Shown here: in pieces, positions 27,338 to 32,000 of the stretch
How positions within the stretch are numbered: position 1 is the stretch's first letter
How the letters are laid out: every line of letters begins with the position of its first letter
The notes under the pieces: generated by a model
What the model was told of the DNA's origin: nothing
Database searches by the model: none
The model's input: only the letters and a program-made list of their open reading frames with translations
Position numbers and translations under genes: made by a program
Assembly (NCBI RefSeq): GCF_000981785.2
Contig: NZ_CP011304.1
Span: 3,960,001-3,992,000 of the forward strand
Reading direction: 5' to 3'
Origin: Microcystis aeruginosa NIES-2549
Lineage (GTDB): Bacteria > Cyanobacteriota > Cyanobacteriia > Cyanobacteriales > Microcystaceae
Length of the DNA: 32,000 nucleotides

Positions 27338-27611
27338 GTGCTTCGTGTCACTGAGCCTTGACATTGAGCCTGTCGAAATGTGTCGAAATGTGTCGAAATG
27401 TGGACACTGAGCCTGTCGAAGTGCTGTTCTATATTGGTCGGCTTTTCATCTCCGAGGTAAAACCGAGGGTTTCTCCAAGCCGACATTTAAGGTAAATGCA
27501 ATACAGATCACAGTCTATTGTTTGATGGATATCCCCTCTCTACTCCACAGGGCAGAAAAGGCCCTACTCCCCATCTTTTCGGAAATTGACGCACAGGTCA
27601 AGGAAAATCTC
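27338..27611 (+). repeat. right copy of the long direct repeat (last 105 bp perfect); contains the promoter region and 5' end of the intact PLP-enzyme gene
   Basis: See the left copy at 15440-15682. This copy also carries (TGTCGAAATG)x3 at 27371-27400, which is absent from the left copy. Confidence 0.95.
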
Positions 27612-28748
27612 CGTCAAGTCCTCGCTGCTTTCCGTGCAAACCGCGTCGGGGTGCATCATTTTGCTAGTGTTAGCGGTTATGGTCATGATGACTTGGGACG
27701 GGATACTTTAGATCAAGTGTTCGCCCAAGCCCTGGGGGCCGAAAAGGCAGCGGTGCGAGTACAATTTGTTTCAGGAACCCATGCGATCGCCTGTGCCTTG
27801 TATGGGGTTCTTCGACCGGGGGATGAGATGTTAGCGGTAGCGGGTGCGCCCTACGATACCCTAGAGGAAGTAATCGGGATTAGGGGCAGTGGTCAAGGCT
27901 CTTTAAAAGATTTTGGCGTTAGTTATCGGCAATTAGAGCTAGATTCTACTGGTGCGATCGATTGGTTGTCCTTGGCAACGGCAGTGAAACCCCAAACCCG
28001 TTTAGTACATATTCAAAGATCCTGCGGTTATTCCTGGCGATCGAGTTTGTCTATTGACGAAATCGAGAGAATTGTCCGTATAGTTAAACAACAAAACCCG
28101 AATACGGTCTGTTTTGTCGATAATTGCTATGGGGAATTTATCAACACCCAAGAACCCACCGATGTGGGGGCAGATCTGATGGCCGGTTCTCTAATTAAAA
28201 ACCCCGGAGGTACAATTGTCACGGCTGGGGGATACATAGCAGGTAAAGCGGAATTAGTGGAAATGGCCTGCTATCGTCTGACAGCACCTGGAATCGGTAG
28301 CGAGGGAGGGGCAACTTTTGACCAAAATCGTCTTCTTTATCAGGGATTGTTTCTAGCGCCGCAAATGGTGGGAGAAGCGATGAAAGGCAGTCATTTAATT
28401 GCCTATGTGGGCGATAAGTTGGGTTATCCGGTCAATCCTGCTCCTTTTGTGCCTCGACGCGATATTATTCAAGCGATTAAACTCGGTTCCCCCGATAAGC
28501 TGATCGCCTTCTGTAAAGCCATTCAAGCCTATTCTCCCATCGGTTCCTACTTGGATCCCATTCCTGCCCAAATGCCGGGCTATGAGAGCCAAGTAGTGAT
28601 GGCTGGTGGCACTTTTATCGATGGCAGCACCTCGGAATTCTCCGCCGATGGACCCCTACGGGAACCCTATATCGTTTTTTGTCAGGGGGGAACCCATTGG
28701 ACTCATATTTCCCTGGCCCTAGAACAAGCGATCGCCGCTTTATCTTAA
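27525..28748 (+). CDS. YnbB-like / 'aluminium resistance' family PLP-dependent enzyme (Met gamma-lyase-like fold)
   Basis: 407-aa ORF with the family-typical N-terminus (VHHFASVSGYGHDDLGRDTLDQVFA), VSGTHAI and the PLP-Lys context GSLIKNPGG. ATG 27525 is preferred over TTG 27522. Confidence 0.85.
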   Translation: MDIPSLLHRAEKALLPIFSEIDAQVKENLRQVLAAFRANRVGVHHFASVSGYGHDDLGRDTLDQVFAQALGAEKAAVRVQFVSGTHAIACALYGVLRPGDEMLAVAGAPYDTLEEVIGIRGSGQGSLKDFGVSYRQLELDSTGAIDWLSLATAVKPQTRLVHIQRSCGYSWRSSLSIDEIERIVRIVKQQNPNTVCFVDNCYGEFINTQEPTDVGADLMAGSLIKNPGGTIVTAGGYIAGKAELVEMACYRLTAPGIGSEGGATFDQNRLLYQGLFLAPQMVGEAMKGSHLIAYVGDKLGYPVNPAPFVPRRDIIQAIKLGSPDKLIAFCKAIQAYSPIGSYLDPIPAQMPGYESQVVMAGGTFIDGSTSEFSADGPLREPYIVFCQGGTHWTHISLALEQAIAALS

Positions 28749-28870
28749 ACGGGTCCTCTCACTTTCCTTCTCTCCCTTAGTTAAAGTCCTAACTTCCTGT
28801 CTTTGTGGTTAACAAAAAGGGAACAGTCAAGGAGCAAAAGTGCCATTAATAGAGGCTTTCAACATTAGTA

Positions 28871-29015
28871 TTTAGGCTCTCTTGGGTTTGGTGGGTAAAA
28901 TGTATTCTTGAGATATAATTCTGCTGGCGAGCGAGTGGCACGAACCACAAAGACACAAAGGACACAAAGATCGGTCGCTCCTATATAAGTTAAACTTATC
29001 ACACAAAGAATAAGA
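28871..29015. repeat. ~140-bp dispersed repeat (MITE-like), copy 2
   Basis: It aligns with 12308-12446 in the same orientation. Confidence 0.85.
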
Positions 29016-29234
29016 GAGTCGTATTTATTCCTTTTTTATTTTTGTTAAGGACTTATTGATTGATTTAGGCTCTTTTTTTGGGTAATTCCTAATTTTTAAG
29101 ATCAATGTAGATTGACAAAAATGAGATGCAGCCACTTCTCGAACTTGTTTAACTCGATGCCGGACGGGAAAATAACCACAAATCTAACTATACTCATTAC
29201 AATATAAATATCAACGACCACGATAAAAGCTCTT

Positions 29235-30485
29235 ATGCGGGTAACTCTAAAATCGGCCTTGAGTGACAGTCATATCGATGCTAATCAAAGCAGCAGTCAA
29301 CGTCAACTGATGCTATCGATCGCCGCCACCAGTGAACAGATCAACACAAATTTACCGATTAATCTTTGTTTAGTTCTCGATCATAGCGGTTCTATGCAGG
29401 GAAAACCCCTAGAAACGGTCAAAAAAGCGGCCTTAAGTTTAATAGAATCCCTCGGTGTTAATGATCGTCTCTCGGTGATAGCTTTCGATCATCGCGCCAA
29501 AGTTATTCTTCCCTCCCAATCGCGACAGGATGATCTGACCTTAATTCGCTCAAAAATTCAACGATTACAAGCGGGAGGAGGCACGGCGATTGATGAAGGG
29601 ATAAAATTAGGTATTCAAGAAAGTTCTACCGGCAGCAAAGGTTATGTGTCTCATATTTTTCTGCTTACCGATGGTGAAAATGAACACGGAAATAATCAAC
29701 GCTGTTTAAAATTATCCGCAGTGGCGGCCGAGTACGGTATCACCTTAAATACCTTCGGTTTTGGCGATCATTGGAATCAAGATATCCTAGAAAAAATTGC
29801 CGATATCGCTGGCGGAAGTTTATCCTATATCGAAAGACCCGAACAAGCTTTAATTGAATTTACTCGTTTATTTAACCGTCTGCAATCTGTCCGGTTAACT
29901 AACGCTTTCCTGCAATTAGAATTAGATGCCCAGACTCATTTAGCGGAGTTAAAACCCATTGCCCAAGTTGCCCCAGAAACCATAGAAATGAGCCTACAAA
30001 AAGAGGGTAATTTTTACATCACCCGTTTAGGGGATTTAATGATAGATGAAGAAAAAATTCTCCTCCTCAATCTCTATATTGACCAAATTCCCCCTGGTAC
30101 TCACACCATAGCTAAGGTAAAGATTCGCTACGATGATCCCGCTTCCGGTCAAAAAGGGCTAGAAACTGCGACTGTTAGCCTTGATATCACCTCCCAAGCT
30201 CTCTATCAATCCCAATTAAACGATCAAGTTCAGAAATCGATTCTGACTTTAGCCAAATATCGTCAAACCCAAATCGCTGAAGAAAAATTAAAACAGGGCG
30301 ATCGAGCGGCCGCCGCCACCATGCTACAAACCGCGGCCAAAACAGCCCTACAATTGGGAGAAAAAAATGCCGCCACTGTCCTCCAAACTAATGCCACCCG
30401 TCTACAGGTGGGAGAAGAATTGAGCGAGGGAGATTTAAAGAAAACCCGCATTATTGCTAAAACAAGACTACAAACCGATGAATAA
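29235..30485 (+). CDS. von Willebrand factor type A (VWA) domain protein
   Basis: MIDAS motif LVLDHSGSMQG, plus GGGTAIDEG and LLTDGENEHG. The C-terminus is a helical Ala/Gln-rich region. Confidence 0.85.
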   Translation: MRVTLKSALSDSHIDANQSSSQRQLMLSIAATSEQINTNLPINLCLVLDHSGSMQGKPLETVKKAALSLIESLGVNDRLSVIAFDHRAKVILPSQSRQDDLTLIRSKIQRLQAGGGTAIDEGIKLGIQESSTGSKGYVSHIFLLTDGENEHGNNQRCLKLSAVAAEYGITLNTFGFGDHWNQDILEKIADIAGGSLSYIERPEQALIEFTRLFNRLQSVRLTNAFLQLELDAQTHLAELKPIAQVAPETIEMSLQKEGNFYITRLGDLMIDEEKILLLNLYIDQIPPGTHTIAKVKIRYDDPASGQKGLETATVSLDITSQALYQSQLNDQVQKSILTLAKYRQTQIAEEKLKQGDRAAAATMLQTAAKTALQLGEKNAATVLQTNATRLQVGEELSEGDLKKTRIIAKTRLQTDE

Positions 30486-30490
30486 ACTAC

Positions 30491-31399
30491 TTATTGAAAC
30501 AAAATCCCAATTCCTAGCAAAGCGATAATCACCCCGAAAATCGCCCGCAAGTTAATCCGATCCCCCATCATGGCTGCTATCGGTAAGACAAATAAAGGAC
30601 TGGTAGCGGTGAGAGTTTGGGCAATACCCACAGGAGAGAATTTTAAAGCAGTTTGCTGTAACCATATCCCTAAAAACGTACTGCCGAAAGCGGTGACAAT
30701 AATAATAGCAATCAGACGCAATGACCAGTTAATCGCTGGCGATGATTCCTGACGGCGAAAAAACATCATAATTAACACTATTCCCGTCCCCGCTAACAGA
30801 CGAAAAAGGGTACTCTGCAAAGACGACATTCCCGACTCCACCAGTGCCTGACGAGATAAAACCGCCCCCACCGCTTGGGAAATCGCAGCGATTAAAGCCC
30901 AGGCAATTCCTCGCCGCCAAGGACGTTGACTATTGATTTCGGGAGTTTTTTCGGAAATAACCCAAGCAACCCCGAAGATGGTCAAAATAATGCCAATATA
31001 AGCCGATATTTTCAGGGATTCCCCCAAAAAAGTCGCCGCTAGAATTGCTCCCAAGGGAGGCGAAAGGGTTTCTAACAGGAGGGTTTTTCGCGGTCCCAAA
31101 TAATTGAGGGCGGTAAAATAGGCCGTGTCACCGATTCCTATACCAATTGCGCCACTTGTCAAGAGTATAAATACCGAACTTTGTTGATTAATACCGCGCC
31201 ATTGTCCGGAAAGGGGCAGCGTCAGGGCAATTAAAGCGATCGCGACTACTCCTTTCAGAAAATTAAGCAATAAAGGCGGGATTTTCTGGCCTAATAGGCT
31301 ATAAATCGCCGCAGAAATCGCCCAAAGCGCCGCCGCACTCAAAGCCGCTATCTCTCCCGTTAAATTTTCACCGAAACTAAATCCGTTGGGCATTATCAT
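30491..31399 (-). CDS. EamA/DMT-superfamily transporter
   Basis: About 10 TM segments in two EamA-like halves. The start is uncertain: Met at 31399 (MIMPNGFSF) is preferred because the upstream 25 codons cover a GAGACTCC tandem repeat (31423-31444). It is convergent with the VWA gene, 5 nt apart. Confidence 0.8.
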   Translation of the reverse strand: MIMPNGFSFGENLTGEIAALSAAALWAISAAIYSLLGQKIPPLLLNFLKGVVAIALIALTLPLSGQWRGINQQSSVFILLTSGAIGIGIGDTAYFTALNYLGPRKTLLLETLSPPLGAILAATFLGESLKISAYIGIILTIFGVAWVISEKTPEINSQRPWRRGIAWALIAAISQAVGAVLSRQALVESGMSSLQSTLFRLLAGTGIVLIMMFFRRQESSPAINWSLRLIAIIIVTAFGSTFLGIWLQQTALKFSPVGIAQTLTATSPLFVLPIAAMMGDRINLRAIFGVIIALLGIGILFQ

Positions 31400-31552
31400 A
31401 TTTGTCAGGAGACAGTATTCAGGAGACTCCGAGACTCCGAGACTATTTTTATTTATTATCCCCATTTCCCACACGCCACACCCTTGACAATCAAGACAGT
31501 CGCTAATTTAGTGATTTAATAAAACCGACCACTGCTGCAGAAGATAAAAACT

Positions 31553-31945
31553 ATGTGTATTCTCGGTTTTGATCCGGGTAAGGATAAATGTGGGATCGCC
31601 GTCAGGTCATCGACGGGGAAAATTTATACCCATGAGGTGATAGCATCGTCACAAGCGATCGAGTGTTTAGCCAGTCTCTGTCAACAATATCCGATCGAAT
31701 TACTGGTGATGGGGAATCAAACCACCTCGAAAAGTTGGCGCGAAAAAATTGCCGCTCGTCTCACCATCCCGATTACTCTAGTAGATGAACGCAATAGTAC
31801 CCTAGAAGCTCGCGATCGCTATTGGCAAATGTTCCCCCCCAAAGGATTACAGAAACTCATCCCCCAGGGGATGCGTCTTCCCGATCGCCCTATTGATGAT
31901 ATAGTAGCGATTCTGCTGATTGAACGTCATTTACAGTCCAAATAA
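31553..31945 (+). CDS. YqgF/RuvX-like RNase H-fold nuclease (putative Holliday junction resolvase / pre-16S processing nuclease family)
   Basis: 130-aa ORF with the N-terminal acidic motif ILGFDPGKDKCGIAV and a later LVDERNSTLEAR, as in the YqgF fold. Confidence 0.6.
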   Translation: MCILGFDPGKDKCGIAVRSSTGKIYTHEVIASSQAIECLASLCQQYPIELLVMGNQTTSKSWREKIAARLTIPITLVDERNSTLEARDRYWQMFPPKGLQKLIPQGMRLPDRPIDDIVAILLIERHLQSK

Positions 31946-32000
31946 TGTCACACTACAAAATAGACACAGCAGGGTGAATTGACGATGCTCCTAAGTAAAG

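Overview
Cyanobacterial chromosomal window. This is inferred from frequent HIP1 GCGATCGC palindromes, STRR-like heptamer arrays, many MITE-like repeats and the gene content; the repeat style looks Microcystis-like, but that is inference only.

Positions 1-14.9 kb are housekeeping: ctaC-ctaD-(ctaE) on the minus strand, divergent from ctaA-ctaB, then dnaA, a decayed def/toxin-antitoxin gene mosaic, dedA, ahcY, proA-ribE, dxr and desC.

Positions 15.4-27.6 kb are the interesting part. An ~11.9 kb segment is bracketed by a perfect 105-bp direct repeat that duplicates the 5' end of the flanking PLP-enzyme gene. No integrase or transposase is present. The segment contains:
- a convergent DevC-like permease and DevA-like ATPase;
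- two TSD-flanked MITE copies around a stress-type membrane protein;
- a small Pro-rich ORF;
- a co-directional block of cytochrome-b5-fused membrane desaturase, type III polyketide synthase, SyrD-like 'cyclic peptide' ABC exporter and HlyD/DevB-like adaptor.

Five proteins in this segment carry related Pro/Gly/His/Gln/Glu-rich low-complexity modules. One of these is four perfect 36-bp tandem repeats in the TMD-NBD linker of the ABC exporter.

I read the segment as an orphan phenolic-lipid/polyketide synthesis-plus-export island of unknown product. That reading is inference.

Positions 27.5-32 kb return to ordinary genes: a YnbB-like PLP enzyme, a VWA protein, an EamA transporter and a YqgF-like nuclease. 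No rRNA, tRNA or CRISPR array was recognised.
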